The notes below the pieces were generated by a model. It ran no database searches. It saw only the letters and a list, made by a program, of their open reading frames with translations, and was not told the origin of the DNA. Positions 30,261 through 46,029 of a DNA stretch of 64,000 nucleotides are shown here, one piece after another. A program made the translations under genes and the position numbers. Position 1 is the first letter of the stretch. Each line of letters starts with the position of its first letter. The DNA is taken from the NCBI RefSeq assembly GCF_009914755.1, contig NC_060931.1; one strand, given 5' to 3'. The stretch is from the human T2T-CHM13v2.0 reference genome, Homo sapiens.

Positions 30261-31937
30261 TCCTGGCAGCATGTACTGGTTTCATACTGGTTTTAAAATT
30301 AGAATTTAGCAACTTCTTTTTTAAAATGCCATAAACATATAAACTGAGTAGAAAATGAGAACAAAGCCAAAATATTAGTGATTCAACTCGTTTTTTTCAG
30401 TGTTTAGAAGGGTTGCTTGGTATCATCATATCCTCAGACTTTTCTAGTTATCTAATTTTCCATCTGAATAAATGCTTTTTAATTGCTATATTGGAACCAC
30501 ACACTGCCAAATCTTTCACTTCTGATTCCTACCACATCCACACTCTTCTTCTTCCTAAAAGAGACCTGAAATGCCCTGTGCATGATCTGTTGTTCTTCTC
30601 CCACTAACATGGAGACCGGAGTAAGAAAAACACAATTCTGAAAAAGTATAAAAGAGTAAGAAGCATTCATTACAGGGATTTTTTTGTAAACTTGTTTAAA
30701 CGAAGTTCTTACTCCAAGGTCCTCAAATTAAATGAAGTAAAAGAGTCATGTTAATTTGCCTAATGAATGAGTACTGAGAGTTAAATGCTAAGTAAAAAAT
30801 ATAAATAATCTTAGCAACTTGAATGGCCACTAAGTTGAAACTATACAATTACTTTTTTTCCCCTCTGAGAGGGCTTTTATAAAAATGGAATTAATCATTA
30901 TTTTGAAAGCCAGATGATAGGTAAAGTGTTTAATGAATTCACAAGTATATTATAAATACATATGCGGTGCTATGCCCATATCTACTGATTTTCAATTTTG
31001 ATGCAAGAGGCACACGGTTTAGAATATGGTAACATTTTAAATGAAGTTAGATTTTAGTTACACCTAAAAAATAGTAGAAGACAAAACATTTTAACATTGT
31101 CTGATTAGAGGCTCAACACTGTCTCCTAACATAAAAACCACTCTAAACATGTACCACCTCACATCATGAGAATGGGTTACCATACGGTTTCTGGTTTACA
31201 TCATCTATGTTAATAACACTTTCAGCTCAAGTATGATGTATTTCCCTATTAAAACAATGTAAATGTAGGAAGTTTAGTCTGAGAATGACTTGCTTAATTT
31301 TTCTTGTTTTGTGTTTTGGTGGTACCTAAAAAATGAGATTAGTCACTTCAAAATTGTTCTGTGTCATTTCCTATGTGATTTACTATGCGTAGATACTAAG
31401 TTTTAGTTCAATTTAGTACAGGATTTGTACTGAATATATCCCTAGGAATCAATAGAAAAGAATTTCCAGAAAATTATTCAGTGTATTTAACAAAAACAAA
31501 ACAACAATTTCAAGTGTTAATTTTAAGTAAGTTTCTGGATAAGTCTTACACTATTTAACATTCTTGCCTCAAATTGACCATGAAGAACATAAACTTTACT
31601 ACTTGTTAAGAACAATTACTATAATTTTTCCAGCAAACACCAAGCATAACAACATCATATGGGAAATACAAATTTAGTAGCTTGTTAACAACAAAATACA
31701 ATACTGAGGCTTTTTGTGCTTTGTCCTACATTGAGGGGTAAGGAAGCAATAAAGTGGAACAAGTAATAAAATAGCTGGTACTAAACTTTAAATTAGGCTT
31801 AAAGAAGTATACAAGTGTATTAGTCATCATTAAAATTATTATGAAGACTACAGTGTGGAGAAGTTTGTAGTTTAAACCCTTTGCTTTTAAAGTAGGTACC
31901 AATTAAAATTATAGCTACAAAATAAGTGGGGTGGTTC

Positions 31938-32390
31938 TGATGAAGACTTTCTTCTTGACCAAACTTTCATCAGGCTCCACTGAGACATTTTTAGAATAGG
32001 CCTTGGGCCTTATCCTCAAGCTTGTCTAGACAAGTTGTAGAAAAAAATCTTGTCAGTTTAGAGAATATCCCCCATCCTTAATATCTGATCTACTTTGATA
32101 TCTAATCAAATTCCTCATTTCTTACCTTTGATATCTGGTCACGCTGCCCTGGTCTGCCTTCAGCAAAAATCTCCCCTCACCTTGATGACTCCTCCTAGTA
32201 ATTTTCCATCTATGAAAGGCCAACCCCCTAAACTACTCATTGGTCATAAAGCACCACTTGTACATGCTGTATTCAGAATTGACCTTGATTTTTCTCCTCT
32301 ATTGTGATAAGCTTGACACCTATCTCAATAGTCTTAAATAAATTCTTCCTTATGGTCTTAACATTTGTCAGAATAATTTTTTCTTTAATA
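31938..32390 (+). mobile_element. MER31-family ERV1 solo LTR
   Basis: tgatgaagactttcttcttgaccaaacttt...tagtaattttccatc...aataattttttctttaata; homologous to 21956-22415 in the opposite orientation. Confidence 0.8.
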
Positions 32391-33004
32391 GTTACAAGGC
32401 TGTATCTGACCCAGTATAAAAATCAAGAAAATGCATTAGTTACCAACTTTTTTAAAAAACATAAAATTAATTATGTAACATCCAATTTTTAATGTTCAAA
32501 TCTTTTTGTAAAAACAAAATCAATAGATATATCTTATTAAGAGTTTGAATTTTATATAATTGCATTGCTGTACTTTAAAATGTTAAAGATAACTTTGATT
32601 TTTTTCACCCCTTCCCAACATAATCTGTATCAATATTTAATAAATTTTCATCTAATATTCTTTCTGAGAATGTATGTTTTCAAATTGATTACAGTCCTCA
32701 AAGCATCATTTTTTTCTATGACTGAGCTATAAATGTGTTCACATCTTATACAATATTTAGCATATATTAAATATAAAGATACAGTAATTCTGCTGCTAAA
32801 GCAAAACAAGCAGAAAGTTGATGCTTTATAAAATCCAAATAACACCCAAAGTCATTAACTGTGAAGATTCCTGGGGGCATATGTACGTGTGTTTGAAAGT
32901 AGTGATAGTAAGGAGATTGAGCAACATTCATATTGCAATTTATACACTTCTTTTCTATCTTAAAACTTTTTAAAATTACTTTTATGATAAAAATATAAAA
33001 TGTT

Positions 33005-33325
<321 letters not shown>

Positions 33326-34208
33326 TCAATACCTACATTCAATAACTGGCACAACAATGAATACAGGGTTTACTTCAGATACCTGCTACCCTGCCCATCA
33401 TATCATGTCTCTAGAGAAGCTTTTTTCATTTATATGATTAAAGGGTTGGGCTGAATTAACTGGCTTTCTTCTAATCATCAGAAAGCATAAATGAAGATGT
33501 TGTGATTTTTTCTTTCCAGGCCCACTTCTTTACCAGAGACTAATGTTGCCATTTTATGTTTGTTCAAATGCTGCACACTCTGAGTCTAAATTCTTCTTCA
33601 AATCATCACTGTTATCATTCAACCCCACACGATTGGCTTCTATCTTTGTGGATAACTTCAGTAGGTTGTTCACATATTTATTCTCCAACCAATTTCAGAT
33701 GAACTCATTCTCATGATTTCCAAATTGATGTTGGCTATCAGTACAAATCTTCAAATTCACATCCCTCATTCTCCCCATTAGCTCTGACCTTATCTTCATT
33801 CTCTATTGACCACCCAGTAATATAACCTCACTCTTAACCTCATTCAGCACATCCACATCTAACAACTCAAACTTTGTACTTGGCAAGTATAATCCAAACT
33901 TCCTGTCTTGTTTTCTTTCCCATTTCTCCACACCCATTAAATCTGTTCTCTAACTTGACTAAGAATGCCAATTCCTCAACATCTCTCTTTCTTTAATTAA
34001 CTCTCTCTTTTCTTTTAAATAGGTTTGTGGTTTCCTGTGCATGTTCGCCGAGGAAGCTTTTTTCATCATCTTTTGGATTCCTTGCTACCTATCTAGTTAT
34101 TTCTGCTGGTTGGGCTCATGATAGTTCTTGTGTATGATCCATCCAGAGTCCCCTTGTCTTCCTGCATTCTAAGTCTCATTCTCCAGCCTAACATTAGGAA
34201 CATGAGCT

Positions 34209-34581
34209 TGTCTTAATCTGCTCAGGCAGCTATAACAAAATACCATAGATCAGGTACTTTATAAATAACAGAAATTTATTTCTGACGGTTCTGGAGGCTA
34301 GAAAGTGCAAAATCAAGCCACCAGTAGATTTGGTGTTTGGCAGGGGCTTTCTTTTTGGTTCACAGATGGCACCTTATAGCTAGCTGTGTCCTCACATGAT
34401 GAAAGAAATTCAGGTGGCTCTCTGGAGTTTCTTTTATACGGGCTCAATCCCTGTCATGAGGAATACACCCTCGTGCCGTAATCATCTTCCAATAGCCCCA
34501 CCTCCTAATACTCTCACCTAATACCATCATCATATTTTAATACATGAATTTTGGGACTACAGAAATATTCAAACCAGGGCA
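34209..34581 (-). mobile_element. MLT1A-type MaLR solo LTR
   Basis: gctataacaaaataccataga...aacagaaatttatttct...catgaattttggg. Confidence 0.82.
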
Positions 34582-35221
34582 AAACCCAAATATTTAATAT
34601 AGTTAAATAAATATTGTTCTTTTCTTAAGATAGTTATCTTACTCTTTTATTTGCCATCATGAATTCTGATAAGTGAACTTGAAAAAACCCAAAGGCTTAA
34701 TAGCAGCCTAACTTGGCTATGGCATAGGGCATATCTGTGTCAGCAGGGAAGGCAAGGCTTGAAAGGAAGTTTGGACAATCTTTCAAATGATTAATTCATC
34801 TATGCCAGTGATTCTTAAAGTTCAAAGCTACACAAGGAACCTGTCGATAGAAATATATTTAACGGAAATTATTTTCTTGGAAACAACCAAAGGAAACATT
34901 CAGTAAAAAGTGTACCTCAAAGCCCAGAATCTGTAGTTGATAAGTAGTGGTTACTCCATTAGTGTGGCTCCTTTTGGTCTCAAGACCTAAGAACTAAAAG
35001 GAAAGATTATCTGTTTCATGTACACCCAATATATCCTGGTAGAACAGAAGCACAAAACACACACACTCACACAAACACACATACACCACCACTACCACTT
35101 GAGAGGGAAGAATGGCAGTCAAAATACCATCACTAGTTTATAACTATTCTGAGATTCTACTAAGTGTTCACTATATAGGTCTCTTACCCCGGAGGTCAGG
35201 AGGTTCCTGAGGACATGATTC

Positions 35222-35922
35222 TGATGCAGGATTTTTCTCACTTTGCAAGCGGGTAACCTCTGGCCAGCAACGCCCCCACCCAGGCCTTGCTTGGGTATGC
35301 TATCTGCTACAGGAGGTGGTCCACCCATTCAGCCTGCCTGGGCCACACCTGGCTTGTGCACCAGTTCAGGCCACACCTGGGCTGGGCATGCTCCAGCTCA
35401 CCTTTATTATAGCTCGTATCCACATTTGACGGTTTCCAAGTCCTTGTCCCACATCCGGGAAGAATGGGGATATGCTGACAATTGAAGGGTGAGGAGGGCG
35501 AAGAATTTTATTGAGCGACGAAACAGCTCCTTGTGGAGAGGGGAAGCAGGGGTGGTTCCCCCAGCTGAAGTCAGGTGATTTCTCTCCCAGTGTGGCTGAG
35601 TCCGGGGCTTTGATGGGCTTAGAATAGTGAAATGCATGCTGATTCATTTTTGTGTATGCGAAAAAGGTTAAAACAAAGGCACCACTCAAAGGTGGGCACG
35701 ACAGTATTAAAAACCAGTAAGGGAAGGATAGATATATGTAAAATAGGTGAAGGATGGGGATCAATTGGAGGAAAGCACGTCAAAAGGGAAGACAGGTTCT
35801 CAATCAGGTCTGTGAATTTGATGTGTAGCTTGACTTTCAGGCTCTCTTTGGCTTGTAGCTGCGGTTTCACCAGGGACCTGCCCCTATCTGCTTAGGTATT
35901 TGTCTGCCTCCTGCCACTATCA
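35222..35922 (-). mobile_element. ERV1 solo LTR (LTR27-like)
   Basis: tgatgcagg...ctgcctcctgccactatca termini; 4-bp TSD attc. Confidence 0.78.
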
Positions 35923-38342
35923 ATTCTCCTGGGAGAGCATTTTGGTTCACCCTCTTTATTTCCATTATCCTCTTTGACTATTTCTAAAATGAGGCTATAT
36001 AACTTTCTTATCTTGCTTCCTGCTCATAGAAGGTTGAGGACTCACAGGTTATTCTAATTCTCAGAGAGTTACAGGTTTTTCTAATTCAGCCTCATCACTT
36101 ATTTGGCAGATATTACTCTTTCACTGGGTTTGCTTCTAGTCTGTTCTGTGTCAAGACCATCTGAATGCTTATTTAAAAGGAGAGGTTCCTATCCTACCCA
36201 GTCTCAGGAGATGAGGTAGAAAACAGCATCTGGGAAATGCATGTTAGCAAACTTGTCAAAAAGTTTAGTTCTCTGTACATTTGGGGAACTATTAGATTGA
36301 ACTGAAGATGATTTTTTTTGAGGTAGCAGACCTTTTTGAGTTGTTGAAAGGTAAAAAAATAGGGTCTAAGTGCCTGAACTAAGGCAGCAACAGAGAAGTT
36401 TGAGAAAAAGAAATAACTTCCAGAGATAACTCTGGAGGTGAACTCCACAAACATTAGAAACACCACACATGGGAGATATCCAAAAATAATAAAGGAATCA
36501 ACATGAACTTCAAAATTTTGCATAAGATAGTGTGCATAGGAATACTCTTTATCAGGATAAAGGTTGAAAAGAAAGAGTTGTACTTGTTGGTGTGGACGTA
36601 TCCCTGGAGCCTGGGCAGGGAGGGGGTGTTAATCGAGGGCCATAAAAATGAGGAGATAGAAGAAAGTGGTTTGCGGTCTTTGAGATGAGAATATTTTAAG
36701 CTATTCTTTTCCAGTGCTATTCTTCTGAGGTCGGATTAGCCTACCCCTTTTTACTCAAATTCTTATGCAAAGCAAGAACTCCTTGAAAGTCTTTCATGCA
36801 CTAGAAAGTGATTGTGGTTCTTGTCTTCTAAAATTATGAGATAGCCTTGAATGACAATATTCTTATTATGTACCTTTGAGAAAAAAGAAATTCTATTCTT
36901 TCTATTCTATTCCATTAACCACAAACCCAAAGCCTAAAGGATGTGTGATTCTGTCACATTCTACCTCATTGCAAAACTTGAAAGTAATACCTCTTTTCAG
37001 CACTTGGAGTTAACATTCATAAATTAAAACTAGAAACATACTCAAGAAAAAAATTCCCTAGTCTTGGAATTGATGTCCACCTCAGCCACCATGTCCCTGA
37101 TTTGGCAAAAGGAGAGCTATAATGTGGCTGCAGAGTGTATGTAAGCATCTGCCGTTTGATTACTCAGTCCTTTGTTCACTATTCTTACTCGAAAAAACTC
37201 AAGAATTTTAATTATACCTAGCAATGATCTACCGGAAGTATAGAATCACTCTCTTCTAAGCTGACCTAAGAGTTGCAGCAGAATTTCTCTACTTAATAAA
37301 GATTAAAAAAAGACGGCATTCAATAAATGTGTCTATGCCATAGGAAGATAAAGCAAAAGTGTCCCTGGAGATTCCCTCAAATGGCTCCTCCAATTACTGC
37401 AGGGTGCTCTGGGGACGTATCAATATATCAGTGTGTCTCCCAGGAGCAACAGATCGGCTTTCTTATCCCAAGTGGGATCATTTTGCCTAACCAAAGTACT
37501 CTGACCTTTACTCTACCCCACCGCCTTGTCATTCTTTCTGCCACCACCTACCTCCCCCACCTGTATTTCAAGACAACTCCCAAATTCTGTAAGACACCTT
37601 TACTTTAATCTAGAAAGTTTAAAAAATCAATGAAAAATATGTAATGTTGATACTTTTTTTTACTAATTTTATCTGCTGAATATATACACATTTAGACCCA
37701 TTTCAAAGATATTATAATTTATTTTCATATTTTTAAAACAAATACGTACACTGCTGCTATATCTAAGGCAATCATGAACTTTTCATTTATTCTCTTCAGT
37801 TATGTGTATGTTAAATAAAAAAGAAAAATGTGTGTTTACATGTATATGTATATACTTGGCTCTATATGAATCACATTTACTGAGTTTATTTACGTTTTTT
37901 TATGTTTGTTTGACTGTAGAAAGGAATAGCTGCACAAAGAAGAGGCACATATTTATTTGCTTTCTTAATAGACCTTAATATCCACTTAAGGTCTGCCCTT
38001 TATCTTCAAGGTCCTGAAAACCGATCTGATAGCTGAGATTTGTGAGACCCTTCTCAGTTTCTGGCTCTGACATTCCCCACATGGAGCAGAGAGAATGTCC
38101 TGTTTTTACAACATGGTTCAGAGCAAATAGCTTGAAGCTATACCAAATGATCTGTAATCAATAGAACACTGGCATGATTAACAATGATAACAGTAGAAAA
38201 ATTCTTTCAGAGGTGCAATACTAATGTCTTTTGGGGAATTATTTTATATGAGATATTCTCACTTCCCCAGCACTAGAGGTAATTTCCTTGAACAGAGAAA
38301 ATGAAATGCTACATTTTGAGCAAAAAACATTTTTGTTGGTGT

Positions 38343-38667
38343 AATATATATATATATATATATATATTTGGATTACATATATACACATATATCTTTTTAT
38401 ATAAATATATATTTAATATATAAAACATAAAAATATATTAAAATATATATATTTATATATAAAATATATTTTCTATATATAAAATTATATATATTTATAT
38501 ATAAAAATATCTTATATATAAATATATAATATATAAATATAAAAAATCTTATATATAAATATATATTTTTATATATAAATATAAAAAATATATTTTATAT
38601 ATAAATATATATATTTATATATAAATATAAAAATATCTTTTATATATATAAATATATATATATATAT
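38343..38667. repeat. AT-only low-complexity, (TA)n-rich tract
   Basis: About 325 bp almost devoid of G/C with many self-complementary units. Confidence 0.95.
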
Positions 38668-39275
38668 CTCCAAATAAAGTGCAAAGCATTTTAAACTGTT
38701 TGGAACTACAGTGGTGGTTGGAAGCAATTTATTAAACAAACTGATACTGAAAAAAAACCTTAGAGGCAGAGTTCATTGATGCAAAAATTTTGGTCATTGT
38801 TAGAAACTTACAAATATTTCTTCATTCTGCCTGCCTAGCAGATCCCAAAATTAGCTAGTTTTTGAATAATGATGATGCTGGTGATAATAACTTACATACT
38901 ATAAGAATAAATTAACAGTTATTTTTCATTTATTTTCCCAAAGAAAACGTAGGCTGCTTAGATATTAATTTCAAGAGATATACTGGAAGATATACTTTTC
39001 TTCTCATGTTTTTAAATATTTCTCATTTTCTTGTCATTTTACTTATTTTCCTAGAGATGTACTAAATAACTAAATAAGGTGGTATGCCTCGAATATGGAA
39101 GCAAATTTAGCAGTCTACAAACATCAGAGAGATTATAAAACAACAATAAAGGCTTCCTGTATTTATTTACTTAAAATTATAAAAAATAATTTCTTTATAA
39201 ATCACGCCTCATTCTGTTTTTTGTTTACAACCAAGCATATAATTTAAATAATTTAAGCCCTTTTTTTGCATTTAA

Positions 39276-39619
<344 letters not shown>

Positions 39620-42600
39620 CTATGTCAATATTTTTAAGTTTGGATATGTTAAATTCATTAGTGGGTCATGAAATCCACTTAAAGCATTGTGACTAAGACT
39701 TTTCAAAATGAAATATAAGAGGATAGATAATACCATACTGCATTGCACATATTTAAAGTGTTATGGATATCTTTTATTCTAGTTTCGCATTTAGGTGCAA
39801 ATGTACTGGATTACAATTAAAAAGTATGTTTTTTTGTGAGTTGGCGTTATTTTATTTTAGATTTAGGGTGTACATGTGCATGTTTGTTACATGGGTATGT
39901 TATGTACTGATGGGTGTTAGGTTTCCAGTATATCTATTACCCAAATAGTGAACATTGTACCCAATAGGTTATTTTTCAAGCCTTGACCTCCTTCCATCCT
40001 CGTGCCTCTTGGAGTCCCCAGAGTCCCCAGTGTCTATTATTTCCATCTTTGTGTCCACATGTGCCGATTGTTTATCTTCCACTTATAAGTGAGAACATGT
40101 AGTATTTGTCTTTCTGAGTTAGTTCGCTTAGGATAATGCCCTCAGCTCCACCCATGTTTTTGCAAAAGACATGATTTCATTTTGGGGGGGCTGCATGGTA
40201 TTCCGCAGTGTATAGCACATTTTATTTATCCAGTCAACCACTGATAGACAATTGTTTGGTTCCATGATTTTGCTACTGTGAATAGTGCTGTGCTGAACAT
40301 ATGAGTGAAGGTGTCTTTTTTTATAATGATTTCTTTTTCTTTAGGTACATACCCAGTAGTGGGATTCCTTGATCAAATGGTAGTTCTATTTTAAGTTGAG
40401 AAATCTCCATACTGTTTCCCATAGAGGTTGAACTAATTTACTTTCTAGTGAATAAGCATTCCGTTTTCTCTCTTTTCTCTGCATCCATGCCAATATCTGC
40501 TGTTTTTTTTCTTTTCTTTTTTTCTTTTTTTACTTTTTAGTAATAGTCATTCTGACTGGTAGATGATGATAAATAATTGTGGTTCTAATTTGCATTTATT
40601 TGATGATTACTGAGGTTGAACATTTTTTCATGTGTTTGTTGGCCATTTATAGTTTTTCTTTTGAGAAATATTTGTTCATGTCCTTTGTCCAGTTTTTAAT
40701 GGGGTTTATTTTTCTTACGGAGTTATTCGTATGTCTTTGATTCTAGATATTAGTCCTTTGTTGGAGGCATAATTTGCAAGTGTTTTATTTCATTGTGCAG
40801 GTTGTCTCTTTGCTCTGCTAGTATTTCTTTTGTTGTGGAGAAGCTTCTGAGTTTAAGTTCCATTTGTCCATTTTTCTCGTGGTTTAATTTGCTTTTAGGG
40901 TCTTCACCATAAATTCTTTGCCTAGGCTAATATACAGACGAGTATTTCCCAGGTTTTTTTCTAGGTTTTGTATACTTTGAGATCTTACATTTAAGCCTTT
41001 CATCCATGTTGAGTTAATTTCTGTATATTGTGAGAGATAGGGGTCCAGTTTAATCCTTCTACACATGGCTAGCCAAGTTTCCCATCACCATTTATTGAAT
41101 AGAATGTCTTTTCTCTATGGCTTATTTTTGTTGACTTTGTTCAAGAGCAGTCGGTTGTAGGTATGTGGTTTTATTTTGGGTTTGCTCTTCTGTTCCATTG
41201 ATCTATGTGTCTATTTTTGTACCAATACCTTGCTATTTTACCACAGCCTTATAATATTATTTGAAGTCAGGCAATGTGGTGATTCTGGATTTTATCTTTA
41301 TGCTTTGGATTGCTTTGGCTATTTTGTCTCTTTTTTTGTCCCATATGAATTTTATGATTGTTTTTCCTAATTCTGTGAAAAATTACATTGGTAATTTAAT
41401 AGGTATTGCATTAAATCTCTAGATTGCCTTGGGCAGTATGACCATTTTAACAATATTGATTCTTCCAATCCATGAGCATGGGAGTTTACCCATTTCTTTG
41501 TACCATCTATGATTTCTTTCATCAGTGTTTTGTAGTTCTCCTTGTAGAGACCTTTAACCTCCTTGGTTAAATGTATTCCTACTAGGTATTTTTTTTTTTT
41601 TTTTGGTGACTATTGTAAATTAGATTTTATTCTGGATTTGGCTCTCAGCTTGAATGCTATTGGTGTATAGAAATGCTACTGACTTTTGTACATTGATTTT
41701 GTATCCTGAAATTTTACTGAAGGCATTTATCACTAGGACTTTTGGAGTTAAGGTTCTTTTTAGGTAACAATCATTTCATCAGTGAACAGAGATAATTTGA
41801 CTTCTCCTTTTCCAATTTGGATGACTTTTATTTATTCCTCTTGCCTGACTGCTCTGGCTAGAACTTCCAGTGCTATGTTGGACAGGAGTGGTGAGAAAGG
41901 ACATCCTTGTCTTGTTCTATATCTTAGAGGTAATGTTTTCAGCTTTTCCTCATTCAGTATGATGTTTTCTGTGGGTTTGTTATATATGGCTCTTATTATT
42001 TTTGTATGTTTGATGCCTAGTTTGTTGAGGGTTTTTACCATGAAGGGATGTTGGATTTTATTGAATGTCTTTTCTGCATCTATTGAGATTATCATATGGG
42101 TTTTGTTTTTAATTCTGTTTATGAAGTGAATCACTCTTATTGATTCGTGAATGTTGAAGTATCCTTGCATTCTTGAAATAAAACCCACTTGAATGTGATC
42201 AATTATCTTTTGATGTGCTGTTGGATTAGGGTTACTAGTATTTTTTGGGGATTTATATATCTATATCCATCAGGGATATTGGCCTGTAGTTATCTTTTTC
42301 TGTTGTGTCCGTGTCTAATTTTGGTATTAGAGTGATACCAGTTTCATAGAATGAGCTGGGGAGAATCCCCCCTCCTCCATGTTTTGGAATAGTTTCAGTA
42401 AAGTTGGTACCACCTCTTCTTTGTACAGATGGTAAAATTTGGCAGTGAATCCATCTGGGTTCTGGGCTTTTGTTGTTGTTGCTGTTGGGAGATTTTGCTA
42501 AATTGATTCAATTTTATTCCTTGTTATTCATCTGTTCAGGATTTCTATTTCTTCCAGGTTCAATCTTGGGAGGTTGTACGTTTCCAGGAAATTGTCCATT

Positions 42601-43061
42601 TTCTCTAGGTTTTCTAGTTTCTGTACATAGAGGTATTCATAGCAGACTCTGATGATCTTTTTTGTTCTGTAGTATCAGTTTTAATGTCACTTTTATCATT
42701 TCTGATTGTATTTATTTGAATCTTCTTTCTTTTGTTTCTTAGTTAATCTACCTACTGTCTCTGAATTTTGTTTAGTCTTTCAAAGAACCAATGTTTTCTT
42801 TCATTGATTCTTTGTATTATTCTTTATCTCAATCTCATTTTTGTCTTCTCTGATTGTTATTTCTTTTCTTCTGATAGCTTAGGGTCTAGTTTGTTCTTGT
42901 TTCATTTTTCTAGTCATTGAGTTGTAATGTTAGATTGTTAATTCGAGATCTTTCTATCTTTTTGATATAGGCATTTAATGCTATAAACTTTATTCTTAGC
43001 ACAGCTTTAGCTGTATCTCAGAGGTTTTGGTATGTTGTGTCATGATTTTCACTTGTTTTGA

Positions 43062-43449
<388 letters not shown>

Positions 43450-43693
43450 GAGAGTTCCTCTTGGTATTGATTTCTAATTTTATTCCACTGTGGTCTGAGA
43501 AGGTATTTGATATAATTTTAACTTTAAAAAAATTTATTGAGACTTGCTTTATGACCAAACATATGGTTGATTTTGTAGAATGTTCCATGAGCAGAACCAC
43601 ATATTCTGTCATTGTTGGATGAAATATTCTGTAAATGTCCAGTAGGTCCATTTGGATTTGGTCTATAGCCTAGTTTAAGTCTAGAGTTTCTTT

Positions 43694-44002
43694 CTTTCTT
43701 TCTTTCTTTTTTTTTTTTTTTTTTGAGACGGAGTCTCGCTCTGTCACCCAGGCTGTAGTGCCGTGGCGCGATCTCGGCTCACTGCAAGCTCCGCCTCCGG
43801 GTTCACGCCATTCTCCTGCCTCAGCCTCTCGAGTAGCTGGGACTACAGGCCCCCGCCACCACACCCGGCTAATTTTTTGTATTTTAGTAGAGACAGGGTT
43901 TCACCGTGTTTGCCAGGATGATGTTGATCTCCTGACCTTGTGATCCACCCTCCTCGGCCTCCCAAAGTGCTGGGATTACAGGCGTGAGTCACTGCACCCA
44001 GC
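43694..44002 (-). mobile_element. AluY in L1 ORF2
   Basis: (TTTC)n plus poly-T tail; TSD agtc(t/c)agagtttcttt. Confidence 0.95.
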
Positions 44003-46029
44003 AGTCCAGAGTTTCTTTGTTGATTTTCTGCCTTGATGATCTCTCTAGTGATGTCATTGGAGTATTGAAAACCCCATGATTATTGTATTGCTATTAACCT
44101 GATTTCTTAGGCCTAGTGTTTTTTGTTTTATGAATGTGGGTGCTCAGGTGTTGGGTGCATATATATTTCGGACAGTTAAATCTTCTTGTTTTATTGTATC
44201 CTTAATATTATAATGCCCTTCCTTGTCCTTTTTACTGTTGTTGGTTGGAAGTCTGTTTTATCTTATATGAGAATGGCTGCTCCTCCTCTCTTTTGTTTTC
44301 CATTTGTGTGATAAAGCTTTTTCTACCCTCTTACTTTGAATCTATAGCTGTCTTTGATCTGCAGGTTTGTCTCTCCTGGTTGAGCGGGTTTTTTTAATCG
44401 AATTTTCCAATTTGTATATTTTAAGTGGATCATTTATGTCATTTACATTCAAAGTTAATTTTAGTATGTGAGGTTTTGTTCCTGTCTTAGTGCTGTTAGC
44501 TAGTTTCTTTGGAGTTTCAATCAGTGAGCTTTGTACTTAAGTGTCCTTTCATGATGGTGAGTATGGTCCTTTTGTTTCCATGTTTAGAATTCCTTTGAGC
44601 ATTTCTTGTAGGACCCAGTCTAGTGGTGACGAATTTCCTTAGCATTTGTTTGTCTGGGAAAGCTTAGTCTTATGAAGCTTAGTTTGACAGGAAATAAAAT
44701 TCTTGGCTGGCATTTTTTTTTTCTTTAAGGAGGCTAAAAGTAGGCTCCCAGTCTCTTCTTGCTTGCAGAGTTTTTGCTTAGAAGTTAGTCAGATGGGATT
44801 TCCTTTATAGGCAGTTAGATAATTCTCTCTTTCTGCTCTTAAGATTTTCTTCCTATGCATTGTCTTTTGCTAGTCCGATGACTCTGTGTCTTGGTGAGGC
44901 CCTTCTTGAAATTTATCTTCCAGGAGTTCTCTAGCCTTCTTGTATCAGTATATCTAAATCTCTCCCAAGACCTGGGAAGTTTTCCTGAATAATTTTCTCA
45001 AGTAGTTTTTCCATACTTTTTACTTTTTCTTCTTCTTCCTATGGTGTACCTGTAATCTGTGGGTTTGGATGCTTTACATAATCCCATATTTCTCCAAGGC
45101 TTTGTTCATTTTGTAACTTTTTTTTTTATCTAATTGGGCTAATTTGAAGGACCTGTCTTCTAGCTCTAAAATTCTTTCTTTCACTAAGTCTATACTATTT
45201 TTAAAGGTTTCAATTGTATTTTGTAATTCCTTCAATTTTTTTTTTATTTTCAGTTCTATTTTTTTCAATGATGTCAATATCATTTTTCAGATTCTGAATT
45301 GCTTTTCTGATATCTTTGTGTATGTTTTCAGCTTTCTCTTCAATCTCAATGAGCTCCTTTAAGATCAGTATTTTGAATTATTAATATGGTACTTCAAAGA
45401 TTTCATTTTGGTTAGGATCTGTTGCTGGAGAGTTAGTGTTCATTGCGGCTGTTGTAACACTCAGTTTTTTCATACTTTCAGAGTTGTTTCTCTGGTTCTT
45501 TGTCATCTAGATAAGCTATCTCTCTTTATTTTTTGAATTTGCTTTTGTTTGGATGAGGCTCTTTTCCTTCTCAAGGAGGTGTCTATAATGTATGCTGTAT
45601 AGAGTCCTTTGGCTTTGGTTCTGGATGCTTTCAGTGGCAAAGAGTCTGTATAAGTTCCTTCGTTGTAAATAGCCTTTGTATGGTGGCTTTCCCAAATGCT
45701 GATTGTAGCAACAATGTACTGGATGTTTGAACAGGCTCACTGTATCCTGAAGGGCTAAAATGGTGGAGATTTCTGGAAGCTTATGTCATAGGCCAGTGGG
45801 TGGTTCTTATGGGTAAGAACTGGCTACAGCCAATGTGGATGTGTATATAATTGATCCTTAATTACTGGGAGAAGCTCTCTGTTGCCTCAGGTAATGGGCT
45901 GATCTGTGGAATGCACAGTGGTCTGAGCTCCCTGCTCAGCCACGGAGGGGGGCCCAAGATGAAGAAGCTCACCTATAGGTTCCCCAATGGAAGGCAAAGC
46001 ACCAGTTCTGAAGGGTTCTTGGGGGTGGC

